The notes: generated by a model from the letters alone, not told the origin. A stretch of 61,788 nucleotides of DNA, filler included, from Dugesia japonica (GCA_001938525.1; 6 parts of 6 records of this genome joined end to end with filler, not necessarily neighbours in it); one strand, 5' to 3'. Counted from the first letter of the whole stretch, positions 38,001 through 52,278 are shown. A program made the numbers and translations.

Positions 38001-38467
38001 CTTTTGTTTTATGTATTTCGAGTTATTTTAATACTAGTATATCACTATCTGAGTCCTTCATCCTAATAATATAGTAAATAACTGAATGTTTTGGCTAACA
38101 ATTTAATATATATTATCTATTTCACTCAACAATCCGTAAACCATATTTTAGACATCATAATATTATGTTTATTTTTCAATTACAAACTTACTATAGATCA
38201 TTTCATTTTAAAACCAATTTCTCAATTCCTTTCGATTCATAAAAATGTAATACATACCAACATTTGGTATTTGAAAAATATCAATTTGGAACCACTCACA
38301 ACAAAATGTTTTAAATAAACTTATGTTAAACTGAACTTGAAAATTTATATTTAGTACTCTTAGGTAAGTCACTGGCAAAAAATAAAAATTTATTACCAAT
38401 TATGTGTACTAATCAAACTCATAATTTTTTAAACTAGTATCTAAACTTTGTTTTTTAGATGAAACAG

Positions 38468-38537
<70 letters not shown>

Positions 38538-40054
38538 NNNNNNNNNNNNNNNNNNNNNNNNNNNNNNNNNNNNNNNNNNNNNNNNNNATTATTATTATAT
38601 TAATAATTATAATTATAATAATTTTCTTTATTGTAATTCCTTTTCATCATAATATTTCAACCGATATTTTGTAGTAAAAGCCAAAGGTATTGTAATTCCG
38701 TTTGATCTGGAGCATCAAATGAATAAACATATACTCAAAGATCAAGCCGTTCTGAAACATTCCAAAACTTGGTTGAATGCTAAAAATAAGAAAGATTCAC
38801 AGTCCAATCAATCTGAAAGGCCAAGCTTACAAAATGGTTTAGAAACTCGGAGTGTGATTGATTTTTTACACGTAAATTTGTTTTGATTTGTTTTATTTTT
38901 ATTTGAAAATTTAGGATACAATTGTGGCTTTGGAAACTCAATTGCAGCCTTTAATGCAAGCAGAAGTATCAGTTCTGGTCAGTGTTTTCCATAGACCGGA
39001 ATTATTATTTTTACCCCATACTGAAGCACGCAATAAATGCGAAAGTGGTGGCTTCATATCCAGGTAGTTTTCTTAATTAATTTCCACTTTGTTTTGTCAA
39101 ACTACCGCAAAATTAAATTTGTAAAATATTTTAAATTTAAAAATATAAAAACCAGTTGATGCTTCTCTCAATATTAAAACTGATATAAAATTTAATCCAT
39201 TAATTCTATTAATTTTACTGATTCTCACTAAATATATCATATTTACAAATCTTTTACATGTATTTTCTAAAATTTGCAGTTTTTCCTTTATCCTGCAAAT
39301 TTCAATTTCTTCATTGAATTCTTTTAACGAGTTATTTGATTCAGATTAATCAAACACACCNAATGTTTGCTAGCTTCGAATGAAGAGAAACTTTGTATCA
39401 AAGTTTTGCAAACTTTAAGAATGATGGTTTCGATGGATATTGAATTTGAAGAAAAGGTTTAGTATAATATCTTTTCAATTTTATTATTGGATTTTAAGGC
39501 AAACCTTTTACGTCAAAAATTGCTCACTAAATACTTCGGTAATAAAATGTCGAAAAACGTATTGAAAGTGAAAAATAATAATAATAAAAAAGAAGAACAA
39601 ATAAATTCTAATATTGAAGAAATACCGAAACCCATTGATCAGTTATCTTTTGTTGATATACAAGATTATTTGGATGCCCAAGGAGCTTCAAATTTAATTA
39701 TTGATTTAATTATAAATCACAGTTCTAATGAAAGAGTATTCCGAGAAATAATTGATTTTGGTATTGCTTTATTGGAAGGAGGCAACTCAAATGTTCAGGT
39801 TATTATTTTCATATGATATATGTTTTACCGATTATTTGTGTTTCTTTTGAAAAGAATTCCATAAAAAAATAATTATTATTTAGAAATCGTTTTATGAAAG
39901 ACTTTGTCATGATAAATCATCAGATAAATTTTTCCAAGCATTTAGTAATAACATAAGTGAAGCGCAAAATGACATCAAATCCATGATTATTCTAGCTGCA
40001 GATGGAAATTCTCAAAATTCTTTGGAAAATGTGATGCCCCGTAGACGAGGTAAA

Positions 40055-40121
<67 letters not shown>

Positions 40122-40171
40122 NNNNNNNNNNNNNNNNNNNNNNNNNNNNNNNNNNNNNNNNNNNNNNNNNN

Positions 40172-40230
<59 letters not shown>

Positions 40231-40790
40231 ATAAAATTTATTAATAAGAAAGATTGTTTAATATCAAATTAAATTTGTTCAATTACGATATTACCAAATT
40301 TTACAAAGATAAATTAACTATAATTTACAGTCATAACGTTTTCCAAAATTTATTAATAAAAAATCTCAACAGTTCTTTTTTAAAATTTTTATTAAAGTTA
40401 CAAATATTTTTTCAAAAATCGTTTTTATAATAATAAGAAATTTAATATTTTAATGAATATTCTTTGAAATTCTTGTTTAATAATATCATTTCAGTGAGAG
40501 ACAGGAGCAATATTCCATCTATGCTTCGTCAACAGCTCGATGATGCTGCTGTTGAATCAAATCAAGCCTTGATTGCAGTTCGAAAAAATCTTAACAAAAA
40601 TACAATGTGTTTGAATCAAATTGAAAATGGAAGTGGAACTGACCAAGATGCAACTAGTGCTCCTATTTCTAATGTGTTTGCTAAAGAAGTAAATGAAGAA
40701 AATTATAGATTATCTAATAGTGTCATGATTATCGAACCAATCTTTCGATTCCTTCAATTATTATGCGAAAATCATTACAGAGAATTACAA
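31510..40790 (+). CDS. ITPR: Inositol 1,4,5-trisphosphate receptor, central (RIH/coupling) region, partial
   Basis: Fourteen phase-consistent exons: 31510-31551, 31601-31693, 31744-31872, 31917-32042, 33947-34147, 34197-34577, 34726-34854, 36691-36811, 38675-38871, 38915-39063, 39345-39456, 39499-39798, 39884-40049, 40495-40790. Motifs [59 protein letters not shown] and [13 protein letters not shown]. Confidence 0.95.
37303..37331 (-). mobile_element. Helitron-like 3' terminus
   Basis: Minus-strand GC hairpin ccgtca-tttg-tgaccgg followed by ...CTAG|T. Confidence 0.45.
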
Positions 40791-41071
40791 GTAAAGCTTT
40801 AGTTTACAATAGTTTACAAGAAATAATACAAAAACTTTTTAATACCACAAAGCAGCATTATTTAAACCAATATTTTCCTGGTGNNNNNNNNNNNNNNNNN
40901 NNNNCAAAATAGCCCCATCAAAAATTTTATTATTGTTATTATTATTATTAATATATTATTTTGTTATATTATATTTTATATTATGAAAATATAGTTTTAT
41001 TATATTTTATTTTATTATATTATTAATAATGTTTTATATAATAATATATAATTTTATTATATTATATATTA

Positions 41072-41107
<36 letters not shown>

Positions 41108-41207
41108 NNNNNNNNNNNNNNNNNNNNNNNNNNNNNNNNNNNNNNNNNNNNTTAATTAATTAANNNNNNNNNNNNNNNNNNNNNNNNNNNNNNNNNNNNN
41201 NNNNNNN
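41108..41207. other. Artificial contig spacer
   Basis: N44-TTAATTAATTAA-N44. Confidence 0.95.
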
Positions 41208-41275
<68 letters not shown>

Positions 41276-41708
41276 TATAGAATTTTTTTCCGAATTGCAT
41301 TGGATATTAAAATCAATTGATAAGCTGCTTTTAAATTCTTGATTATTTATGTAGAGAGATGAGTCATCGTTATGCAGCTTAATATTATTTTCTCTAAAAC
41401 CTCAATGTGTGATACTGAATATTTGGCATGCTTTATTTGATTAAATGAGGATAAATTCGCGATAACTTTATTAATATGGAAATTACTATATTAACTTAAA
41501 AATTAAATTAAGCAAGTTCTATTGATGTAACAATTGTTACAACGAATTGTATTTTAAACTTGATTATTTTTCATTTTTTAATTTTATTGATATTCAAATT
41601 CTCATTTATTACTTACAGTATTTAACTTATGTTTCTGTTAAATAAAAAATTGGATTGATCAAAAAATCAATTCTCTTAATTTATTATTAGTTTATTTTAT
41701 TGATTATC

Positions 41709-41897
41709 AGTAGATCGATAGTGGCGCACTTGAACAACTTGCACTCAGTACCCCCAGGATTAGTGATGTAACGAAACTTAATCCTAATGCAGGTGATTGG
41801 CAATTTAAAAAATTGCATCATATTAGGTAATATTAGGTTATTGTTTTTGAATATCCCCTGTGAATTTAGTTGGGCTAAAAAATTGCACACAAATTAT
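41709..41897 (+). repeat. Solo terminus related to the Polinton-like inverted repeat of segment 6
   Basis: Starts AGTAGATCGATAG. gattagtgatgtaacgaaacttaatc...atttagttggg is homologous to 54204-54365. Confidence 0.6.
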
Positions 41898-41914
41898 GTT
41901 GAGATTAAATTAAT

Positions 41915-41970
41915 CAATTGCAATTATTGTGAACATAATTGTTGGAAATAACCATTGATCGTTTTTCAGA
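41915..41970 (-). mobile_element. Short Penelope-like ORF-start segment
   Basis: Minus strand cgatcaatggttatttccaacaattatgttcacaataattgcaattg. Confidence 0.55.
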
Positions 41971-43021
41971 ATTNNNNNNNNNNNNNNNNNNNNNNNNNNN
42001 NNNNNNNNNNNNNNNNNNNNNNNNNNNNNNNNNNNNNNNNNNNNNNNNNNNNAATAATTTTAAGAAATAGTAGAATTTCCCCCAAAAGTGCCATAAAACA
42101 ATTTAAGTTTTGAACGAAGCTTTTATTTTTAATGAATTAATTTAATCTGAAATTGTTTTTAATAGGATTAACTGTTTTTAAATTTTTCTATGTATTTATT
42201 TGACAATTATTTTGCACATACATTATGTAATTTTAGTTGTTTTTTGAAATGTTTGCCGAATTATTTTCAAATTTAAGATTTTTAGGTGGAAAATATTTTT
42301 CAAGCTTTTTGATTGGTAATTTATTCGAAGAGGTCGAATGAGGTCAATTTTTAATTTGTTTTAGGTGATTTTTGTCTGTCATTTGTTCGGTGAAGTAATT
42401 ATATGAATGAATTATCAGGACATGAATCTTGACAGTATTGGAATCACTATTACAGAAAAGTTCCTTTAAATTTTAAAAAAGTTGGTGCCATTTTTCAACA
42501 ATTTCAAAAAAGTTCTAGTAAATTTTAGAATTATTTTTCCATTCTTTTACATACGATTTTTCAAAATTAAAACGTTTGCGTCATTTTTCAATGATGATAG
42601 AAATGTTTGTGTCATTTTTACTATTTATAGTATCTCTCATATTATAGTATCATTTATAGTATCAATAAGCCAATATTTTGCTTCATCTTTTATTTGGTAG
42701 CTTCTTCAAAATTTCGTCCATTATATTTGCGAAAATTGAAACTTAATAAATCTTGAGATTTCATGAAAAGTGAATCCCTAATTAATTTTATTCTACTTTC
42801 CTTGCAATTTCATTGATATTTTTGGGGTGGTCGCTAGCTACGTTTCTTTTATATCTGATTTCATAATAAAATAACACGCTGATCAAAGATTTATTAAATA
42901 ATAAAACAGGTAACTTAATTATATTATTAATTATTTAATGCAATTAATAATACACCAAAACTATAACAATAATATTAACAATAATAATAATAATTGTAAG
43001 AAATAGCTCATACCGACTCTA

Positions 43022-43340
43022 TTGTAGAATTTCCCTCCAAAGTGCCATAAAACTATTTAAAATTTATAGCTTTAAAAATAAATTTAATTCATTTTAAATC
43101 TAAAATAGAATCTTTAGAATCAATTTAAAATATACCATTTTGAATTTAATTTGGATAATCATAGCGAGAAATTTGTTAAATCTATCTGCATTAGTTCATG
43201 ACAAAGACCACACCAATAATTTCTTGCAAAGATGTGGTATATTGGCGAAAAATGAAGTATGTTCTAATGGGTATCAAATAAATCTATCTGTCAATGACAA
43301 GGAAGAAAGATGGCGTTGCCGAAAAAAACATTGTCTATTT
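43022..43340 (+). mobile_element. Merlin/ISXO2-like transposase 5' remnant
   Basis: FLQRCGILAKNEVCSNGYQINL...WRCRKKHC zinc-ribbon pattern. The end motif gtagaatttccc..aaagtgccataaaac recurs at ~42070. Confidence 0.5.
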
Positions 43341-44399
43341 AATGTACTTTTAAGCTACATAGATGTTTTTAAAATAAAAGCTTTGTTCAAAATTTTAAAA
43401 TGTTTTCAAAACAGTTTGATAAATATATATATAGAGCTGTTCGTCATTTAAACTTTAAACATGAATAAAAAATGAATAAATTAACTACTGACAAATTGTA
43501 AATTGATAAAATTTATTTTAAAAAGATTATGGAAAATTTTAAAAAATGTCTTTATGTTGCATTAGTGTTGCACATGTCATATTTAATAAAAATGAACACA
43601 CATACGAATACTTTGTTATATTTTCATAGACTTCTAAGAAATTTTTATAAAATCACAACGACTTCTTTTTGGGAACTTCTATGCAATTTTCAAATTTTTT
43701 TAAATATTAATTTTTTAAATTTTAATAATATACTGAATATTAAATGATCATAATAAAAATTCATAAATTTTTTAAAATTTCTGTAAATAAAAATAAGTTT
43801 TATTAAATTAAAGACTATAGTAAAATTTTAAAATTTTATAACCTATACAAGAAAAAAGAATTTCTCTTTTTTAAATTTTCGAATTTTTCATTTTGTCTGA
43901 TTATGTCAAATGTTGATCCATCGAAATATATCACAATAATGTTTTAATTTAAAATACGTTATTTACTTTTTATCAAAAGTTTACCATTGTTTTTTTTATA
44001 TAATAAAATTTTTTTGATTTTTCAAAATTGTAAGTCAATTTTATTTTAATTTCATAATTCTCAATATTTACATAGTCATTTAATTTATCATTTAATTCAT
44101 TGTCCATCCGTTCGGGAACAATTATAAATTAATTTAGTTCCATGAATATTTAAATAATTGAATTATAAAATTTAAGTATAAAAAAATTACGGAGAAAATA
44201 AATTTGAAATTTGATAGATATTTTTATGTTTTAATGCTCCTTAATGTGGCTTCTAATATTGAAAATTTAAATACATTTTTATGCTTATCCAAGCTAAATT
44301 TATTTTCTTTTATGTGTGGATCGATCAAGAATTTACAAGATACACAGAAACTTTATTAGATTCGTGGACAAAATATTAGGTCTTCAAGTATTACCAAGT

Positions 44400-44896
44400 A
44401 AATCCACTTTTCATTTCCAGTGACTATACGATGCACTAATTACTTTCTTTTATTCCTTTCTAAAAATATTTCGCAAAGGAATGTTTGTTTGTTTCTTCTT
44501 CTCTTCTGTTTGTTTCTTTCTGTTAAAGCTTATCCAAGACACCAATCTTTTTTTCAATTGTATCTTTTCAATATCATGTGAGTGGTTTGAAATAGTTTGT
44601 TGAGTTACAATCAGTGATGTTTCCAACTGTTTTTGCGTTTGAGCATTGTTTTCGTTTTATAACGCTTTTAGTTTATTGTCTTCAAATTTATTTTGTGGTT
44701 TTCTATGCTCCTTATTGTTCACACCAAACTCTTCTGTTTTGAGTAGTTGAAATCATTCTCGGCAAGTTCTTTCAACGAAAACATGGCTGTAATAAGCCTC
44801 TCAAAGCAATGTATGTACATCGATAGCACCTCTCTTCAAATTGAACATAAAAAGTAATGCTTTCCGTAAATGCGGTCTTCCATGCACAAATGTCAT
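44400..44896 (-). mobile_element. Mos1-like mariner transposase remnant (host of the gypsy insertion)
   Basis: HLRKALL..., TQKQLETSLIVTQQTISNH and HRIVTGNEKWI motifs. Confidence 0.8.
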
Positions 44897-44923
44897 CTAA
44901 AATGCAAAATAAGAAATTTTGTA

Positions 44924-47900
44924 GGTTAGAACACAAGATTCTTCCATAATGTTTATTTATTAAAATTCAAATTATAATTACAAAACTGATAATATTTAAA
45001 CAAAGTTTATATATCAATTTATAACTGATAATATTTAAACAAAGTTTATATATCAATTTATAACTGATATAACTACTCTCTCTTCTAATTTTAAGTTTCA
45101 ATCTTCTTCAGCCATTCTAATCTTCTGGGTTAGAGTTTTCCTGCAAAGTCAATAAGCACCTGGTGTGGGCTTATGAATTTAATTATTTTATATGGACCTT
45201 TATATCTTAAACCGTATTTCTTCAGCTTGTGTGGATCCACCTTTACCAATACTTCTTCCCTTTCATTGAATTGTTTATATGTTTATCTGTCAAATTCATA
45301 TTTGCTTAACCTTTAAGCCGCTTCATATAAGTTTCCATCTGCTAATTCCTTCATTTTTTATGATCTGAACTTTCTTGTTGCAGTAAGCCATGTAAAACCA
45401 TCCTTCTTCCAAAGATGATTTCAAAAGGAGATAATCCAGATGATTTCTGTTTAGTTCCATTCATAGCAAATTGTATTCTTGGTAGTAATTTGTCCCAGCT
45501 TGCTTCCGAGAATCCATATTTTATTGTTGTTACCATCATATCTCTCAAAGTTCTAATGCTTCTTTNTGCTAAGCCATTTGATTGATGTTGATATGGCAAT
45601 GCGAACTCTTGTTTTGTCTCAAATTTATCTGTAAGTGATTGCATTAATTTTCCTTCAAATATCTTTCCTCTATCAGTTAAAAATGACTTCGGTTTCAAAA
45701 GCGATATAGCCATTGCTATTTTATCGCATCAACGACTGACTTTTAATCCGGTTTATTCAATGCTACAAAGGAAACTAACTTACTAAATCTGTCAACTATG
45801 ACGAGAACAAATTTTTTCTTAGTTTGTGCTTCAGGAAAATGAGCAATATCCATGAAAACCTGTTTTAAAGGTCCAAACTCTGTTCTTGGGATAAAAAACT
45901 TTTCCGTTCTTCCAGTGTATGTCTTTCTTATATGGCATATCATACATTTTTTTAATTGGTGTTCTACAATCCGTTTCATATTTGGCCAAAAATAACTTAC
46001 ATTTAAATATTCTGTCAGTTTTTGTCCTCCCACGTGACATAATTCTTCGTGAATGAAATCAATAAGTTCGGGTATCGATTGCCCTACAAGTACTATTTTC
46101 TTTTTGTTATTTTCATTGATAATTAAAATTTCATCATTCATCTCAAATTTATCCATTTTTGGAAAATATTTACTTTTCGTCATCATAGCACTCAGTTTAC
46201 TATCACCTTTTTCTTTTTCTATATATTCACTAATTTCTCTTGTAACAAAATCATTTCTTTGTATTTTTTCGATACGACATTTATCAAAACTTGTTTTATC
46301 TAATACATTTATTCTTTTAACGTGAGCTCGTTCTCCCTTGGCATCTTGATTTGACGTCTAGCATTGTGAACACCAGCTTTCGCCTATTCTTGAAAGTCCA
46401 TTGGCATTCTAGATCAAAATTATATTCTGCTAAATTTGTTATCCATGTTTGGAANNNNNNNNNNNNNNNNNNNNTCGTCTTCGTCATAAATGTCAGAGCT
46501 TTATGATCTGTTCTTGCTCTAAATTTTTTCCGTATAAATAATGTTTGAAATACACCATGAACTCATGAAATGTCAATAACTCCTTGAGAGTTACGCAATA
46601 TCCTTTTTCATGATCATTTAATGTGCGAGAACCATGGGTTTTACTCGTTCTAATCCATCGTTTGTAATTTGGCTTAAAACTCCTCCAATTGCCCCAAAAC
46701 TAGCATCCGTATCTAATATCATTTCACTTTTATCATTTGGAAAAGCCAAGATAGGAGCACTACATAACTTAATCTTTAACATTTGAAAATTATCCTCACA
46801 TTCCTTTGTCCATTCAATATTTTTTTCATGGTCCGCAGTGTCTGCATATAATGGTGCTGCAATGAGAGTGTAGTCTTTTATAAACCGCCTGTAATAATTG
46901 GTTAAACCTAGAAATGCCCGTATTTGTGTGGNGCATTTTGGTGTCTTTGCTTCCCAAATTTTCCTGATAGTATCGTCATTTGTCTCTACACCTTTAGCAC
47001 TAATTGTATAGCCCAAGAATCGCAATTTTTCATAATTGAATACGCTTTTATCTGGATTTATCTTTAAACCCGCTTGTTTGAGTAAAGAAAAAACGTTACC
47101 AACCCGTTCATCATGCTCTTTTTGAGTTCGTCCATTTATCAAAATATCATCCAAGTATACTAGTACTCCTTTGTACAACATTCCGTTGAATAATCGATCC
47201 CTCAAACTTTGGAAAGTTGCTGGTGCAGTGCACAATCCAAATGGTATGCGATTAAAACAAAATTGCCCCATCTTTGTACTTAAAGCTGTTTTCAACTTCG
47301 ATTCTTCACTTAACTCAATTTGATAGTATGCTTGTCCCAAATCTAGCGATGAAAATAAAATTGATCCCTCAAGCGTGTCTAAAGGTAGTTGAATATCAGG
47401 CACCGGAAAAGAGTATTTCTCTGAAATTGAATTTAATTTCCGAAAATCCAGTCATATTCTTATTGTTCCATCTTTCTTCGTTACAATTACCAATGGTGAA
47501 TTCCATGGACTTTTGCAACTCTGGATAATATTTGCTTTCCTAAGATTTTCCAATAACTCATCAATTTTGCTTTCCAAATGCATTGGTTGTCTTCTAGGAT
47601 TTAACATTATTGGTCCTCCTTTTGTTTCAATGTGATGCTGCATTATTNTTGTAAATCCAAGATCAAATTTTGATGTCATAAATATCTCNACATGTTTTTC
47701 TATCAGTCTTTTAATTTCTTGATTGACATTCTTTTGAATATTAAGAATATTTTTCACTCTATTTGGATTCTCAACAAATGGCTCAACAACATCCTTTGAA
47801 TCAATAAAATCAACTACGGTTAGTTTTATTCCAAATATCCTCATCATGTCAATGCCCCCAATAAATTCAGGACGAATATCTTTGACAATTACAACCTCTT

Positions 47901-49417
47901 TTTCTTTTCGTTTTTCATACCAATGTAAATGTTATTTAGTTTGCCAATACATCTTTCTCCTTTCTCTGAAAAAACCTCTGATAACACAATCTGCGACTGC
48001 GATAACACCGATGATCCAATTCTTCTCCAGACTTCTGTACTCATTACTGATATTGATGCTCCTGAATCCCATATTATTTCAACATCATATCCATTACACT
48101 GCATTATACTCCATTCTCTCCCATCTTTCTTCTGACAAACCTTCTTTTTATCAAATATCATTCTTGCATCTCTAGTTTTGCGAACTGTTATTGCAACCTC
48201 ACTGATAAGATGGATGCGGTCGGTTGCCAATCGTTTTTTATATCTTCATCGTCTGTAGGTACATCATGTATATAATCTATAGATTCCCTTGTACAGGACC
48301 AATTATCATCCTCTTCTGCAAAACAAAACTTTAGACACTGAAAAATCTTTTACTCGAATTAGCAAACAATCCCGAAAAGTATGACCTTCCTTTACACAAA
48401 TTAAGCATTTTCCTTTCAATAGGCAATTCATCTTTTAATAACTAGTTTCTCCACAACAAAAACATGCTCCTGTCTTTAGGATTTCGTTTCGAGGCGGTAT
48501 TTTCCCTTTAGCTTTACAATATAGTTTATTTGCTAAATGTTTCAATTAATACTGCGGGAAAATTATTGTACTGACCTTGTTTTTGTATCGGCTTGCTTCG
48601 TTCGAAATGTGGATCTTCTTGAAAACGAGTTGGTCGATCTCTAATATTTGTGTCCCTTTGAACACTTATCTTTGGGTGATTGTTTTAAAATTTGGATTGA
48701 TATATATTATTTTTTAATGAATCAGCATAACTCTCTTTCACCATACTTACAGAGTGCGCTGGTATTAGGTTATCCAATTCAGTATCCAATTCTCTTCGTT
48801 GAATATATGTTAACTCTGGTTGGAGGACAAATGATTCCTTCAACTTTTCGCTCCGTATGCCATTAGTTACGAACAATGTAGCTATTTCGTCTAATGACTT
48901 TTTACTTGAAAATACTTCATTGACAAGCTTTCTAACTCTAATTTCAAAATTTNNNNNNNNNNNNNNNNNTTTCTGCATTATTCTTGACAAGATTGAAACT
49001 TTATCGACCAATGTTTCTTGAATAATGAATGACTCTTGAAACCAACGTTCACAGATTTCATTAGATAATTTCTCGATTTCTTGTGTCGTATTAGCATATC
49101 AAAAGCAAATGATAATTCCATCTGATTGAACGACGCGAATTCTTTTGTTGTTTGAAGCCACTCTTAGCTGTATCTGATGATCCATCAAAGAAACTCGGCT
49201 TTGGAATTAGTAACTCCTGAGTTAAAGATGCTAATTTCGAAAAAACTTTTTGTCTTTCATCTTTTTCTTTTTTTGCAATCGTGTTCACTGTAACGTGGTC
49301 GCAAGTTAGAAAACAAGATTCTTCTATAATGTTTATTTATTTAAATTCAAATTATAATTACAAAACTGATAATATTTAAACAAAGTTTATATATCAATTT
49401 ATAACTGATATATAACT
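44924..49417 (-). mobile_element. Full-length decayed Ty3/gypsy LTR retrotransposon (gag-PR-RT-RH-IN)
   Basis: LTRs 49304-49417 and 44924-45074. 5-bp TSD TTGTA. PBS-like (t)tgcgaccacg and PPT agaagagagagt. PR WDSGASIS, RT VYLDDILI, RH LDTDAS, IN HxxxCH..C..C, DRG and GPY motifs. Many frameshifts. Confidence 0.95.
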
Positions 49418-50289
49418 TTGTATAAACAATTTTGAGAATTGCACCTCAGATAAGAGCATTATTTTTACATTTTTCTGTTAAAAATTTTACGTGTTAATTT
49501 TTCATTTCTTAATAAAAGTACATCTTATTCCTCAAAAACTTACGTAAAAATAGATATAGTATCTATATAAAAGTGAGGAATTTGGTCCGCATTTGAAACT
49601 AAAATAAAATTTTTCAAATAAAAATAAAATAAAATAATAATAAAAATTAAATAAAATAATATTTTCTCTTTCCCCACTGGTAGTCTATCCCATCAGGAAA
49701 ATATTATATCTTACTGAAATTTTTAGTTTTAATCTTGATAAGTAATTTTTTTATTTTACACGACGTATACACGTCAATCGCACTCTAACAAAGATTTGGA
49801 TTGACGTGATAATTGTCTAAAATATATATTTTACTAATTTTAAATTAATCATATATAATACAATTATTCAACTGACACACAAAACTCTATAATTATTATT
49901 TTTAAAAACAGTAATTTAAATAAAAATTCATTCAGTTGGCTTAAATAATCATAGGCAACTTGTTATTTTCTTCAATTAAAATCCTATAAATAATAACAAT
50001 AAAATTGAAAAATCAATAAAGTGTGATTGTAATAAAATATTTAACATGTTATTTATTCATTATTTTCAAAACTAGTTTTTTACGGAGTTCCCATTTTCAG
50101 TACCAATCTGAATTTTGAATGAATCAATTCACACAATATACTAAGTTATCTTTTGTGAAATATTTTAAATTATTTAATAAAAGTAAAAAAGCATAAATCA
50201 AAATATATTTTTAAATTTTTAAAAAAATAAAAAAGAACGTCATTTAATATAATACTTTTTTATAATGTAGAAAGAAAACTTATACATGT

Positions 50290-50657
50290 TTTTTTTACAA
50301 ATGCAGCCAGTTTTTGTGATATAATGTTTAACAGTAATGTTATGAAAATGTTATGAAGTGGTGATCTTCCAGGTGTACCACATATTTGTATTTCTTTCCA
50401 AACAGATCCATCATTCGCAACATGTTCATTTTTTTTGTCTCTTCATAACTTGAGAGTAATCTTATTCTTTTTCGTCCACGACATATTTTCACAGTATTTT
50501 CCTCTTCATCGTCAGTATTTGTACATTCAAACTCATTTTTATTTCCAACCAATAGATCTTCATTTTCAGGAAATTCATCTTCATCAATTTCCAAAAACTC
50601 TTCGCCTATATTATTTATATCCTCTAAGAACTTGTACTGTCTTGATTGTTTCGGCAT
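50290..50657 (-). mobile_element. piggyBac-like transposase N-terminal remnant
   Basis: Acidic N-terminus followed by RKRIRLL and frameshifted DGSVWKEI..GRSPLHNIF. Confidence 0.5.
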
Positions 50658-50844
50658 TTTTCTGGGTAAAGAGTGACCTGTATTACTAATGGAGTAAAGC
50701 TATCCAAATAAAATATAAGCTACTTACCAAAACTTTCAGTTTCTGTTACCTTTTCTTACTCTAAAATGCTACTTTTTATCTAAAATTTTGATACTTTCTG
50801 AAAATTTTAATTCAGTTATTTTGAAAAGACAGAAATATGGCATT

Positions 50845-51110
50845 ATGTGGCAGTATGTGGCATCACACCCTTTACATTTAAATTGATAAACAAGGTTAGA
50901 ACACAAACCAATTGGTGTATGAGATTTATTAACAAAACTATTAACAATCTTATGTGAAGTAGAAACAATTTTGAATAAAGGAAGATCCTTAGCAGCTTTC
51001 AGAATCGAATTATTAAACTTTTTTAAACCTTCAGAATAAGGAACCGATAAAACAAATGACCCAAAACAGTTTGACAAAGTGTTATCAGGTTCCTTTTTAA
51101 AGAATGAATT
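50845..51110 (-). mobile_element. Penelope-like RT-EN linker and GIY-YIG start
   Basis: LSVPYSEG...KSHTPIGLCSNLVYQFKCKGCDATY. Confidence 0.8.
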
Positions 51111-51541
51111 TATCTATACTCTTTAGATCTATTGATAAATTTTAATTAGAATAATTGTAATTAATAGAAATTTTAAATTACATAAAAGGAAAATATTTTC
51201 GGAAACTATTCGATTTTTTTAACAGTTTATTAAAAGAAAACGAACAAAATAATCATATGTCATTTTATTATTATTAGAAATAATTTAAACAGATTTTGAA
51301 CTTTAAAAACTATTCGAAGAATTTAACAGCGGGTATTAAATAATTGTTAAAAAATAAACATTATCTGAATTAAAATTTAAAGTGTTTCCCGATAAAGTAA
51401 TTTTAGCGTTTTCTATTCACATAGGAATTATGTGGAATTAATCCTTAATAATTCTAAAGAAATTAAATATTCTTAAAAGTCTTTGAAAAATTATAATATT
51501 TAATATTTATAATTTCTGTTCATTTTAAATGCTTTGTTTAG

Positions 51542-51728
51542 CAAAATATGACAGCGGCTCATGTTGCTCGCAGACAACATTATTTAAATATTTTCGAAGT
51601 ATTAAAGAAAGTTGTTACTTCTGTGACACGTTGGGAAGAAGAAGAAGAAGAGGTTGTTTTTAAAATGGAATTAGATCGTCCAGAAATAATGGGAGAGAAT
51701 CCTGTAACTGATAGCGAAGATGATTATG
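51542..51728 (+). CDS. ANK: Ankyrin (ANK1-3/unc-44 family) exon: last ANK repeat and linker
   Basis: AG/GT-bounded exon QNMTAAHVARRQHYLNIFEVLKKVVTSV...FKMELDRPEIMGENPVTDSEDDY. Parallels the remembered ankyrin sequence [24 protein letters not shown]...PETMTEVLDVSDEEG. Confidence 0.75.
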
Positions 51729-52178
51729 GTATGTATTTATAAACTTTTAAAATGAATTATTATTTTTTCACAAAGTGAAAGGGTTTTATTATAATTATTT
51801 TATGTTTGGAAGTTAATAATCTTTTGTTGCAGGGCTTCAGTAGTTTTTCTTTTCATATACGATCGTCGATTTTCATTTCTCTTTTAAAATGCCACAATAT
51901 TTTAATTTAACGATGATTTACTTATTATATTGTTTAAAAAATATTTTTTTTTTCTGCTGTTAAAGTTGTGGTTTTGAAAGAAATCAATTGTAGACTTTCA
52001 TAATACTATAAAATCTCAGTTAATTCTCATCCTTGTCTGTGTGATACGTTAAGCAATTAATTAAAATGAATTCCACGAATAAAGGTTTTTATTAATTGAT
52101 TTAAATGTCAAATGGTTTAAATATTTTCAATCTAGTATTAATTAGTATTTAATGAAAGAATTATCAGATTGAATCATT

Positions 52179-52278
52179 NNNNNNNNNNNNNNNNNNNNNN
52201 NNNNNNNNNNNNNNNNNNNNNNTTAATTAATTAANNNNNNNNNNNNNNNNNNNNNNNNNNNNNNNNNNNNNNNNNNNN
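52179..52278. other. Artificial contig spacer
   Basis: N44-TTAATTAATTAA-N44. Confidence 0.95.

Noticed and set aside
49170-49200. CTGATGA...GAAAC hammerhead-like string
   Set aside because: No stem II or stem I pairing; it lies antisense within gypsy gag.
20624-51728. RPGR-ITPR-ankyrin as a functional gene cluster
   Set aside because: The genes lie on separate contigs joined by artificial spacers.
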